Positions 25,505-33,444 of a stretch of 64,000 bases of DNA are shown here, in pieces. A model generated the notes under the pieces. That model made no database searches and had not been told where the DNA came from. It saw only the letters and a program-made list of their open reading frames with translations. Every line of letters starts with the position of its first letter. Positions within the stretch are counted from its first letter, which is position 1. Source of the stretch: a virus (Duplodnaviria; Caudoviricetes). A program made the position numbers and the translations under genes. The DNA is taken from IMG/VR virus record IMGVR_UViG_3300021426_000009, positions 10,121-74,120 of that record. One strand, 5' to 3'.

Positions 25505-27576
25505 ATATCGGAGAAGACCTGAAGACCCGAACCTTCGGTGTGGAGATAGAAATGTGTAACCTCGACAGGCAACTGGTCAAGCTGCCGGATGGTTACTCAT
25601 GGAGCAAGGATGAGGAAATCGTGAATACGGACGGGTCGAGCAACAAGCGTTTCGGTGGAGAGGTGAACACCCCTCCACTCTGTGTTTACAGCATGAAGGA
25701 CCTCCACAGCCTGAAGGCCTGCTATGACTCCATGAGGGAGGCTGGAGGTGTGATAAAATGGACTACCTACACGCACGTCCATGTTTATGCAGGAGACCTG
25801 ACTGTCGAGCATATAAAGAAGGTATGGCTCTTCTTCTATATCTGCTACCCTTGGTGGAAGAGATACACGAAACTCTCCGACTGGGACGAGCTGACGTTCA
25901 ACTGCCAGCCGCTGCCGACAGAGAAGTACTACAAGGGACTGCTGGAGGCAGAGACCTTCGAGGACATCAACAAGCTGTTCACGAACCAGTCGAAGAAGGG
26001 ATTCATCAGGCATGCCTGCAATATCTCAGCATACTTCAAGACGAAGACCATAGAGTTCAGGACATATCACGGCACGAGCGATTTCAGGGAGGCCATGAAC
26101 TGCGTCCTCTCGACGTACCGTCTGTTCTACTATGCCGTCAACCATGATTTGGATGACTACAAATCCATTTCCTCATATGAGCAGTTTTTGCAGGCTACGG
26201 GACTCAAATACGAGGTCCCAAGAGAGCTTGTTCCTCTACTCTACCAAGGAAACCCCTATAGTGCCATCGAGACGTTCCAGACGAGATCCCTGCCGTATAA
26301 CTCGAAGCAGGCATCGGCATTGTGGGAGGCCGTCAAGAATCACGGGCACAAGGAGCTCTGCATCGTGAACGGCTTCATGTACTACTACGAGCTGTTCTTT
26401 ATGGACAAGGTGAAGCTCTCCATCTATGCCCAGGACCCGTACTGCCATCTGCTGTGGATGATAGCCAACGGCAAGATAACGCTGAAGTACAAGGAGAAGT
26501 TGTCATGGCTGGAGGACTATAATAACGAAACCCCGTCACGGCAGCTTGCGATTGCCTTGTATGCGGAGAAACTGCAGAAGTTCTCAATGAGCGATTCCAA
26601 GAGGAACGAGGCTGTCATCGAGTCGGTCAAGATACGTGCCAAGGAATCCATCGAGAAGACGGAGAAGGGCTGCGAACGTCTCATGAAGCTGCTGACCACC
26701 TGCGAGTACCATGTTGGAACGCTTCAGGATGCCATACCTCAGAAGAGCGTGATATTCTTCAACTACGGCAAGGACAAGACGCAGAAGCGAACGTTCAAGC
26801 TGATAGCGGAGAACAGCGACTTGGAAATGGAGTTCAACTGCAAGCGCAATGACTACTACGAGGTGATAGAGTCCCTGCCAAAGGAGTCATACTTCTATTA
26901 CTTCAGCAACAGCCCGTACCTGCGTAACATGCACAAGCTGGCCATGTGGGACTCGTCAAGCGGAGACAGGTGGTCTGCAGGCCGTTTCCTGTACTGCAAC
27001 AAGCCGAGCAACCAGAATCAGGTCAGCACGTCATACAAGTCGAACCATGTGGAGGTGAACGAGATCGTCCCGCCTGATGACCTGGTCATCGACAACCCGA
27101 ACAGCCTGAAGATAGTAAGGGTCAGCTCATCGTCACTCCATTGTCTTCAGAAGAAGTACATCAAGAAGGTCGACCAGTGCAGCATGTGCACCTATGCCTT
27201 CGTCGTGATGTACGAGAAGTACACCCTCGGAGGCTTCGGCTTCACGCTTCCTCAGCACAAGGGCTACGACCTGTTCCAGCTGACGGATTTCTGCACGAAC
27301 AACAATATCCCACGACTGGCGAAGCTGATACTGCTCTGCATACAGACGGCCGGTGTGCAGAAGGAACTCTCACGAAGGATGCACAAGCTGTGCGAGAAGG
27401 TCATATCATGTGCCTATACGCACAAGCCTGTCAGTATGAAGTACAGGGGTGTCTATACGAAGGTGAAGGAGCATTGCACAACCTCATACCTCGCATACGA
27501 GGGACAGCTGGGCAAGTTCGCCACCAACAAGGAGGTAATAGAGAAATATCGTAAAATGTTGAATAATGGAAATTGA
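25501..27576 (+). CDS. Three-domain protein: amidoligase (COOH-NH2 ligase type 2), degenerate adenine-MTase-like domain, Mom/GNAT-like C-terminus
   Basis: N-term RTFGVEIEM, DGS, GEVNTPPL, HVHV, TIEFR. C-term LTDF...RLAKLILL...CAYT.KPVSMKYRG resembles ParB-linked phage DNA-modification proteins. No NPPY/DPPY-type motif is visible in the middle domain. Confidence 0.72.
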   Translation: MNIGEDLKTRTFGVEIEMCNLDRQLVKLPDGYSWSKDEEIVNTDGSSNKRFGGEVNTPPLCVYSMKDLHSLKACYDSMREAGGVIKWTTYTHVHVYAGDLTVEHIKKVWLFFYICYPWWKRYTKLSDWDELTFNCQPLPTEKYYKGLLEAETFEDINKLFTNQSKKGFIRHACNISAYFKTKTIEFRTYHGTSDFREAMNCVLSTYRLFYYAVNHDLDDYKSISSYEQFLQATGLKYEVPRELVPLLYQGNPYSAIETFQTRSLPYNSKQASALWEAVKNHGHKELCIVNGFMYYYELFFMDKVKLSIYAQDPYCHLLWMIANGKITLKYKEKLSWLEDYNNETPSRQLAIALYAEKLQKFSMSDSKRNEAVIESVKIRAKESIEKTEKGCERLMKLLTTCEYHVGTLQDAIPQKSVIFFNYGKDKTQKRTFKLIAENSDLEMEFNCKRNDYYEVIESLPKESYFYYFSNSPYLRNMHKLAMWDSSSGDRWSAGRFLYCNKPSNQNQVSTSYKSNHVEVNEIVPPDDLVIDNPNSLKIVRVSSSSLHCLQKKYIKKVDQCSMCTYAFVVMYEKYTLGGFGFTLPQHKGYDLFQLTDFCTNNNIPRLAKLILLCIQTAGVQKELSRRMHKLCEKVISCAYTHKPVSMKYRGVYTKVKEHCTTSYLAYEGQLGKFATNKEVIEKYRKMLNNGN

Positions 27577-28267
27577 AGACAGATGGAAGTACGATGTGGT
27601 TGACATCAACCTCATCGACGAGGCGGAACTGAACGCCAATGAAATGACTGGAGAGGACTTCGCCACCTTGTGTGAGAACATCGGCAAGTCCGGACTGAGC
27701 AGTGTCCCGTGCTGCTACAAGAAGAAGAACGGAAGGTTCGGCATGATAAGCGGCCACCACAGGCTCAGGGCATGCAAGAAGAACCATTTCGCCAAGATCG
27801 GCATCCTTTGGTGTGACGAGGATGAGCTGTCTCAGGATGAGATTATAGCCATCCAGCTGTCTCACAACTCGCTGCACGGAGAGGACAACAAGAGCATCCT
27901 GAAGAAGTTGTTCGAGCAGATTCAGAGCATAGACTTCAAGAAGTTCGCCCACATCAACATCGACGAGGTGGCTCCCGTCAGCACGGACGGCATCAGCATC
28001 TTCGCCTTGAAGGAGAACTTCGTGTTCACGATAATACTCTACCCCAACTCGTTCGAGAACCTTGACGAGCTGTACGGGGACATACGTGAGCAGGCAAAGA
28101 AGAGCGATGCCCTCATTCTCGCAGACCAGACCAACGAAATGCTTCTGCTGAAGCTGCAGCAGGACATCGGCAACCAGTATAACATCAAGTCGCCATCCAT
28201 CACGTTCGCCAAGCTGCTGGAGCTGGCCAAGGAGAGGCTTGAGGAAGTGAAGGAGGGCAAGGAATGA
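27566..28267 (+). CDS. ParB/Srx-like protein
   Basis: ELNANEM, ISGHHRLRA and QLSHNSLHGED motifs. Confidence 0.88.
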   Translation: MEIEDRWKYDVVDINLIDEAELNANEMTGEDFATLCENIGKSGLSSVPCCYKKKNGRFGMISGHHRLRACKKNHFAKIGILWCDEDELSQDEIIAIQLSHNSLHGEDNKSILKKLFEQIQSIDFKKFAHINIDEVAPVSTDGISIFALKENFVFTIILYPNSFENLDELYGDIREQAKKSDALILADQTNEMLLLKLQQDIGNQYNIKSPSITFAKLLELAKERLEEVKEGKE

Positions 28268-29130
28268 TCTGGACGATAGTAAGCAAGGCCGAAATGGAGG
28301 GGTATGCCATCCCTCCAGTCTTCCAGTATTACAGGGAGGTAATAGGCAGGGAGAACATCAGCCTGTCTGTAGTGGACGAGGATGACCCTCTCGACTTCAT
28401 CAGATATGGTGATTTGGTGCTGTTACGCACGGCAAGCAGGAAGCTCATCGAGACGATAGAGAGTAAGGGTGTGGCCACTACGGCAGAGCACTACTCGGTC
28501 TATCAGCAGGCAAGCGACAAGGCAGAGCTGGGACGCTTTCTCTTCGAGCATGGCATCAAGGTGCCGAGACAGTACAGCATCGACAACCTCCAGCCGGGAA
28601 GCACGTATTTCGTCAAGCCTCGTTACGGAAGCGAGAGCTTCGGCATTACGGAACACAATATATGCCACAGCAAGGAAGATGTCAGGTTTCAGGTCATGCG
28701 GCTGCAGGAACTGGGCTATGAGAGTATCATCGAGGAGTTCATCGATGGAAATGATGCGACTGTAGCCTGCTATTACAATCCTGAGAACAGCGTAGTGTAT
28801 GCCCATGCCATTGCCGTCGATTGTGAGACGAAGGGCTCCATTCAGACGCACAAGGGCAAGTTCGACTACAATGAGTACTGCTATGCACTGAGAGGATCTG
28901 TAGGCAAGAAGGCTTGCGCCATGAGCAGGGAGGTGTTCAGATTACTCGGCATCAGGCATCATGCGAGGATAGACTTCCGCTTCACGGAGAGAGGTGATGT
29001 GTACCTCATCGACGTGAACCTGCTGCCCGGCCTCGGTCCGTCGGCTCATTTCTCGAAATGCCTGCTTCTGACGGAGAACATTTCGTATGCGGACACCATC
29101 ATGAACATTTTGAAATCAGCAAGAGGATAG
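28264..29130 (+). CDS. ATP-grasp ligase (Ddl/RimK-like)
   Basis: SDK, FVKPRYGSESFG, EEFIDG, RIDFR and IDVNLLPG motifs. Confidence 0.9.
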   Translation: MIWTIVSKAEMEGYAIPPVFQYYREVIGRENISLSVVDEDDPLDFIRYGDLVLLRTASRKLIETIESKGVATTAEHYSVYQQASDKAELGRFLFEHGIKVPRQYSIDNLQPGSTYFVKPRYGSESFGITEHNICHSKEDVRFQVMRLQELGYESIIEEFIDGNDATVACYYNPENSVVYAHAIAVDCETKGSIQTHKGKFDYNEYCYALRGSVGKKACAMSREVFRLLGIRHHARIDFRFTERGDVYLIDVNLLPGLGPSAHFSKCLLLTENISYADTIMNILKSARG

Positions 29131-29132
29131 AT

Positions 29133-29486
29133 ATGGCAAAGAACATTTCGATTGAGGACATCGTAAAGATGTACGAGAAGAAGGGTTGCAACATCACGGC
29201 AACCTGTGCTGCCCTGAATATCTCCCGTAAGACTTTCTACGAATGGAAGGAGAAGAAGAAGAAGCTCGCAGAGGGTCTGGAGGAGGCAGAGGAGGCTGTC
29301 CTCGACTGGGCAGAGAGCAAGCTGAAGGAGCATATCCAGAACGATGATCTGCAGGCCCTGATATTCTTCCTGAAGACGAAGGGTAAGAAGAGGGGCTATG
29401 TAGAGAAGACGGAGACCGACGTGAACATCAACCAATTCGAAAAGCTCATGCAGGAAACGGAGGATGATGACGATGACGATGAGTAA
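29133..29486 (+). CDS. terS: Terminase small subunit
   Basis: N-terminal HTH (CNITATCAALNISRKTFYEW), ALIFFLKTKGKKRGY; directly precedes terL. Confidence 0.82.
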   Translation: MAKNISIEDIVKMYEKKGCNITATCAALNISRKTFYEWKEKKKKLAEGLEEAEEAVLDWAESKLKEHIQNDDLQALIFFLKTKGKKRGYVEKTETDVNINQFEKLMQETEDDDDDDE

Positions 29487-30997
29487 TGGGTAGTTCCGAC
29501 AAGCGACATAACAAGATGCGAGCGTGGCGCAAGGACTGGTGTTTATTCGCCAAGCAAGTGCTCCACGCTCGTCTCGACAAAGAGCAGAAGGAAATCCTGC
29601 GAGCCATACAGAATGAACGCATGGTTGCCGTAGCTTCGGGTACAGCCCGAGGCAAGGACTATATTGCCGCTGTCGCATGCCTGTGCTTCATGTACCTCAC
29701 TCCCCGATGGAAGGACGGCCGTCTGGTGAAGAATACCAAGATTGCGATGACGGCTCCTACCGACCGACAGGTGAGGAACATCATGGTTCCTGAGGTCAGA
29801 CGTCTCTACAAGGCCGCTCAGGTGCTGCCTGGCCGTCTTGTCGGCTATGACATACGAACGGAGTATGAGGAATGGTTCCTGACAGGCTTCAAGTCGAGTG
29901 CGGACAATACGGAGGCATGGTCTGGATTCCATGCCGTGAACACGATGTTCGTGGTGACGGAGGCATCGGGTATCTCGGAGACTATTTACAATGCCATCGA
30001 GGGTAACCTGCAGGGCAACTCACGACTGCTGCTTGTGTTCAACCCGAACGTAACTACTGGCTATGCGGCCAATGCCATGAAGTCGGCACGTTTCAAGAAA
30101 TTCAGGCTCAACTCCCTGAATGCCGAGAACGTTGTCAGGAAGAAGAACGTCATCCCAGGTCAGGTGGACTATGAATGGGTGAAGGATAAGGTCGAGAACT
30201 GGTGCATCCCCATCAGGGAGGAAGATGTCAACGAGGGAGAGGGAGACTTCTTCTGGGAAGGACGCTGGTACAGACCGAACGACCTCTTCCGTGTCAAGGT
30301 TCTCGGAATGTTCCCGAAGGTGGCGGAGGACGTGCTCATACCATACGAATGGGTGGAGATTGCCAACAGACGATGGCTGGAGCTTCAGGAGGAGGGCTTC
30401 ACCACGAAGAAGAAATGCAGACTCGGTGTCGACGTGGCCGGTATGGGTCGAGACTCGTCCGTCCTGTCCCCGAGATACGGTAACTACCTCGGAGAGTTCG
30501 AAGTCCACAACTCCGCTGGTGTGGCAGACCACATGCACGTCGCAGGCATGGTGTCCAACTACCTCGTCAAGAAAGGCACGAAGGCCTTCATCGATACCAT
30601 CGGTGAGGGTGCAGGTGTCTATTCGAGGCTGAAAGAACTCGGCTACGACTATGCCTATTCGTGCAAGTTCTCGGAGAATGCCAACGGCCTCCATGACATC
30701 ACGGAGGTCTATACGTTCGCCAATATGCGTGCCTACCTGTACTGGGCTGTCAGGGACTGGCTGAACCCGAAGAACGGCTTCGAGCCTGCCGTACCGCCAA
30801 ACGATCTGTTTATGCAGGAGTGTACGGAGGTGCACTGGAAGTTCCAGAGCAGCGGAAGCATCATCATAGAGAGCAAGGATGACATCAAGAAGCGCCTCGG
30901 AAGGTCTCCTGACTACCTCGATTCGGTGGCCAACACGTTCTACCCGAGGGACTACGAGACACTGCAGGAAAGCGAGATTTTCGGAGATTTCCTCTAA
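29486..30997 (+). CDS. terL: Terminase large subunit
   Basis: SGTARGKDY, Walker B VVTEASG, coupling motif FNPN, nuclease motifs GVDVAGMG.D and SPDYLDS. Confidence 0.93.
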   Translation: MGSSDKRHNKMRAWRKDWCLFAKQVLHARLDKEQKEILRAIQNERMVAVASGTARGKDYIAAVACLCFMYLTPRWKDGRLVKNTKIAMTAPTDRQVRNIMVPEVRRLYKAAQVLPGRLVGYDIRTEYEEWFLTGFKSSADNTEAWSGFHAVNTMFVVTEASGISETIYNAIEGNLQGNSRLLLVFNPNVTTGYAANAMKSARFKKFRLNSLNAENVVRKKNVIPGQVDYEWVKDKVENWCIPIREEDVNEGEGDFFWEGRWYRPNDLFRVKVLGMFPKVAEDVLIPYEWVEIANRRWLELQEEGFTTKKKCRLGVDVAGMGRDSSVLSPRYGNYLGEFEVHNSAGVADHMHVAGMVSNYLVKKGTKAFIDTIGEGAGVYSRLKELGYDYAYSCKFSENANGLHDITEVYTFANMRAYLYWAVRDWLNPKNGFEPAVPPNDLFMQECTEVHWKFQSSGSIIIESKDDIKKRLGRSPDYLDSVANTFYPRDYETLQESEIFGDFL

Positions 30998-31002
30998 AAA
31001 AC

Positions 31003-31033
31003 TTGTTTGTTTCGGGAAAATTGCCTATCTTTG
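31003..31033 (+). promoter_or_regulatory. Promoter TTG-N20-TATCTTTG
   Basis: TATCTTTGCAGCGTT (31026-31040) is identical to the portal promoter at 33413-33427; no plus-strand ORF before the terminator at 31082-31120. Confidence 0.72.
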
Positions 31034-31039
31034 CAGCGT

Positions 31040-31120
31040 TTCTTATAATGAAGCTGCGTTTCAGCAGATTCATTGCTCTTGCCAGTCCAAGTCGTGAGAC
31101 TATGGGCTGGTTATTTTTTT
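31040..31120 (+). ncRNA. Candidate ~80-nt small RNA containing TTCATTGCTCTTG, antisense to AAGAGCAATG start motifs
   Basis: Promoter upstream; hairpin AATGAA/TTCATT plus CTGC/GCAG; intrinsic terminator CCAGTCCA-AGTC-GTGA-GACT-A-TGGGCTGG-TTATTTTTTT. Confidence 0.6.
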
Positions 31121-31131
31121 GTGTGCTTTTG

Positions 31132-31257
31132 AAAAAGTTAAACATTCTGAATATCAAGTTGTTAGCTTGAAAAAAGGCACGAAAAAATTTGGAAAATTGC
31201 AAAAAAATGACTACCTTTACACTATAAATAAGAAACATAAAAAACAGAAGAGCAATG
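31132..31257 (+). repeat. Promoter cassette repeat copy R2
   Basis: Aligns with R1 and R3; TTTG-N20-TACCTTTA; TATCAAGTTGTTA matches the IHF consensus WATCAANNNNTTR. Confidence 0.9.
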
Positions 31258-31422
31258 AAGAAAGAAGAATTGAAAAAGCAGCTCAGAAATCGTTCAAACG
31301 AAGAACTGAGGGAGGCAATGAGAATCCTCTACACCGCAAAGGTCCCGAACCACGAGGAACTGGTTGAGACGGCAAACGTCTATTCGGAAGTGCTGAAGGA
31401 AAGAGGAGTAGCAGAAGCATAA
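31255..31422 (+). CDS. 55-aa protein (not in ORF track), island 2
   Basis: MKKEELKKQLRNRSNEELREAMRILYTAKVPNHEELVETANVYSEVLKERGVAEA. Confidence 0.7.
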   Translation: MKKEELKKQLRNRSNEELREAMRILYTAKVPNHEELVETANVYSEVLKERGVAEA

Positions 31423-31464
31423 GAGTTATAAGAAACATAGTATTCATCTAAAAAGACAAGAGCA

Positions 31465-31857
31465 ATGAAGGAAGTTAAGAAGTTTTTGGTTTACTACAAC
31501 GAAAGTAGAGAGTTGATCGGAATGAGGGAACACCACTTCGATTGGGAAGAGGGTGACACCATCACGACCGATGGAGTAAGCACCGTGATTTTCGGCATCT
31601 TCGAGGGAACGAAGAAGAACCTGAGTCTGGCACACAGGATGTTCGACACCCTCCGCAAGTACCTGCCGAAGAAGAAGGAGGTGAGAGTCCTCGATGAGGG
31701 CTTCGTGAAGACCGGTGATGCGTTCGAGGATATGATGAACGCAATGCTCCACAGCCACTATGAGTTGGTGGACGTTCACAAGAAGGTATGGAGAGACTTC
31801 GATGCACAGCTGGACTTCGTAGACAGCGTGTTCGCAGAAATGGAAGAAATGAAGTAA
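31465..31857 (+). CDS. Hypothetical protein, island 2
   Basis: AAGAGCAATG start. Confidence 0.7.
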   Translation: MKEVKKFLVYYNESRELIGMREHHFDWEEGDTITTDGVSTVIFGIFEGTKKNLSLAHRMFDTLRKYLPKKKEVRVLDEGFVKTGDAFEDMMNAMLHSHYELVDVHKKVWRDFDAQLDFVDSVFAEMEEMK

Positions 31858-31871
31858 GAAAGGAGGACGAT

Positions 31872-32033
31872 ATGAGACAGGTTATCATCGACATCATCAA
31901 GGAAGGTTGGAAGAAGAACCAAGATGTACTTGACGTTATAGGGAACATAGTGAAGGCGACAGGACTGCATGAGCGTTTTGCAAGGGAGCAGTTCTGCAAG
32001 CTTGTATTCGTAGCGAAGGAGGAAGAGTCATGA
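31872..32033 (+). CDS. Small hypothetical protein, island 2
   Basis: AAGGAGGACGAT-ATG start. Confidence 0.6.
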   Translation: MRQVIIDIIKEGWKKNQDVLDVIGNIVKATGLHERFAREQFCKLVFVAKEEES

Positions 32034-32272
32034 AGCATTTGGGAAAGTTCAAGATACCTGAGTATGCTATATGTGCCATCGAGTATGGGGATTTCAGTGG
32101 CCTCTCTGACGAGGATGAACAGAACGTCAATGAGTTCCTGGAGCGTGAATGTCCGAACGGCTGCGTCGTTGACTGGCATTCGGACGATGAGGATAATGAG
32201 CCATACTTCTGCAGCTACCCAGAGTTCGGGCTGGCTGCAACGGTGGTGGATGCTGATTTTTACGAACCATAA
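32030..32272 (+). CDS. Acidic hypothetical protein, island 2
   Basis: ORF track; ATGA-coupled. Confidence 0.7.
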   Translation: MKHLGKFKIPEYAICAIEYGDFSGLSDEDEQNVNEFLERECPNGCVVDWHSDDEDNEPYFCSYPEFGLAATVVDADFYEP

Positions 32273-32284
32273 AAGATAAGAGCA

Positions 32285-32683
32285 ATGAAGACTGTAGTAG
32301 AATGGAAGAATAAGAAAATTGAGGTCAGCAGCCGATATGTCGGCTACGACACCCCTCCCTTCGGTGGTAACAAGCGTAGTCATTTCAAGGTGTCAATAGC
32401 CGTGTCAGGCAAGGGAGGTGACAGGATTTTCAGGTCGGACTTTTGGCAGAGGGACAAGAAGATGAGAGCCCAGGATCTGCGTGAAGCCCTTGAGTGCTTC
32501 TGCAGCGATGCCATCGGAGGAGACATGAGCGTAGAGGATTTCAGGGACGAGTTCGGCTATGATGACATCGACAGGCTGTTCAAGGTGCACAATGCCTGCA
32601 AGGACTGTTTCGAGAACTTCAGGCACCTCGGCCTTGACCCCTATGAGCTGAGCAACTGGCTCAGGGAGAAGTACGATATATAA
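32285..32683 (+). CDS. Hypothetical protein, island 2
   Basis: AAGAGCAATG start. Confidence 0.7.
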   Translation: MKTVVEWKNKKIEVSSRYVGYDTPPFGGNKRSHFKVSIAVSGKGGDRIFRSDFWQRDKKMRAQDLREALECFCSDAIGGDMSVEDFRDEFGYDDIDRLFKVHNACKDCFENFRHLGLDPYELSNWLREKYDI

Positions 32684-32726
32684 TCGCGATTAGAGCAAAT
32701 TGATTGCTCTTCAATAGATGAAGACC

Positions 32727-32762
32727 CCTATGCTGGTCTGTGAAGATAGGCATAGGTTTTTC
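32727..32762 (+). terminator. Intrinsic terminator with GTGA tetraloop
   Basis: CCTATGC ... GTCT-GTGA-AGAT ... GCATAGG-TTTTTT. Confidence 0.7.
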
Positions 32763-32775
32763 GGAAACCCTTTAA

Positions 32776-33036
32776 ATGAATGAAGATATGAGACTACAAG
32801 TTGAAATCCATGTAATGGCAGAGCAGGAAGCTCTCGCAAGTTATCACCTCAACTGGGACGCTGCACTCAGGGAGCAGTTCGACTATCAGGGTGGTGGTGT
32901 ATGGTATTCGTCTGGCAGATATGAGGTCGGCTATGACGATGAGGCAGCCAAATCTCTCAAGGAGTTCGCAGACGAGCGATTGAAGGAGCATGGTGTGACG
33001 GAGTTCTACACCGAGATAAACGAGATAGACGATTAG
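32776..33036 (+). CDS. Hypothetical protein, island 2
   Basis: ORF track. Confidence 0.6.
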   Translation: MNEDMRLQVEIHVMAEQEALASYHLNWDAALREQFDYQGGGVWYSSGRYEVGYDDEAAKSLKEFADERLKEHGVTEFYTEINEIDD

Positions 33037-33038
33037 CT

Positions 33039-33326
33039 ATGGGCAAGGTATTCGAGAACACGGGAAAGAAACTCTGCATCTACAGCGACAGCGGAGAGTT
33101 CAGGCTGACCGCAACGAGAAGGGCTCTGATGGACGAGTGGAACGGGGCAATGCACTTCGTCGGCTCACGATGGTATATCGAGACGCACAGGAGAGATGGG
33201 TACAACTACGTGCCGTACCGATTCGCAGGTCTGGAGTACATCGTCAAGAAGAAGCAGGACATCATGAACCAGCTCAGACGGTCTGTCCAGTTCAAGCAGG
33301 CATATGCCGAATTGAGCAGCGGTTGA
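33039..33326 (+). CDS. Hypothetical protein, island 2
   Basis: ORF track. Confidence 0.6.
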   Translation: MGKVFENTGKKLCIYSDSGEFRLTATRRALMDEWNGAMHFVGSRWYIETHRRDGYNYVPYRFAGLEYIVKKKQDIMNQLRRSVQFKQAYAELSSG

Positions 33327-33390
33327 AGGCCGCAGACATACAAAAAGAAGTGAAAACGCTTGGAATTTAGCAAATTTTTCAGAAAAAATG

Positions 33391-33420
33391 CTTGATTTTC
33401 AAGCGTTTTTTATATCTTTG
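33391..33420 (+). promoter_or_regulatory. Portal-operon promoter with perfect CTTGA-TTT-TCAAG palindrome and -7 TATCTTTG
   Basis: Read directly from sequence. Confidence 0.72.
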
Positions 33421-33444
33421 CAGCGTTATAACACTTTTTTGAGC

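Noticed and set aside
30885-31238. Minus-strand ORF containing AAGAGCAATG (MNLLKRSFIIRNAAKIG...)
   Set aside because: It runs into terL antisense, and NAAKI is the usual spurious translation of a reverse-complemented Bacteroidetes promoter. Kept only as the alternative to the sRNA model.
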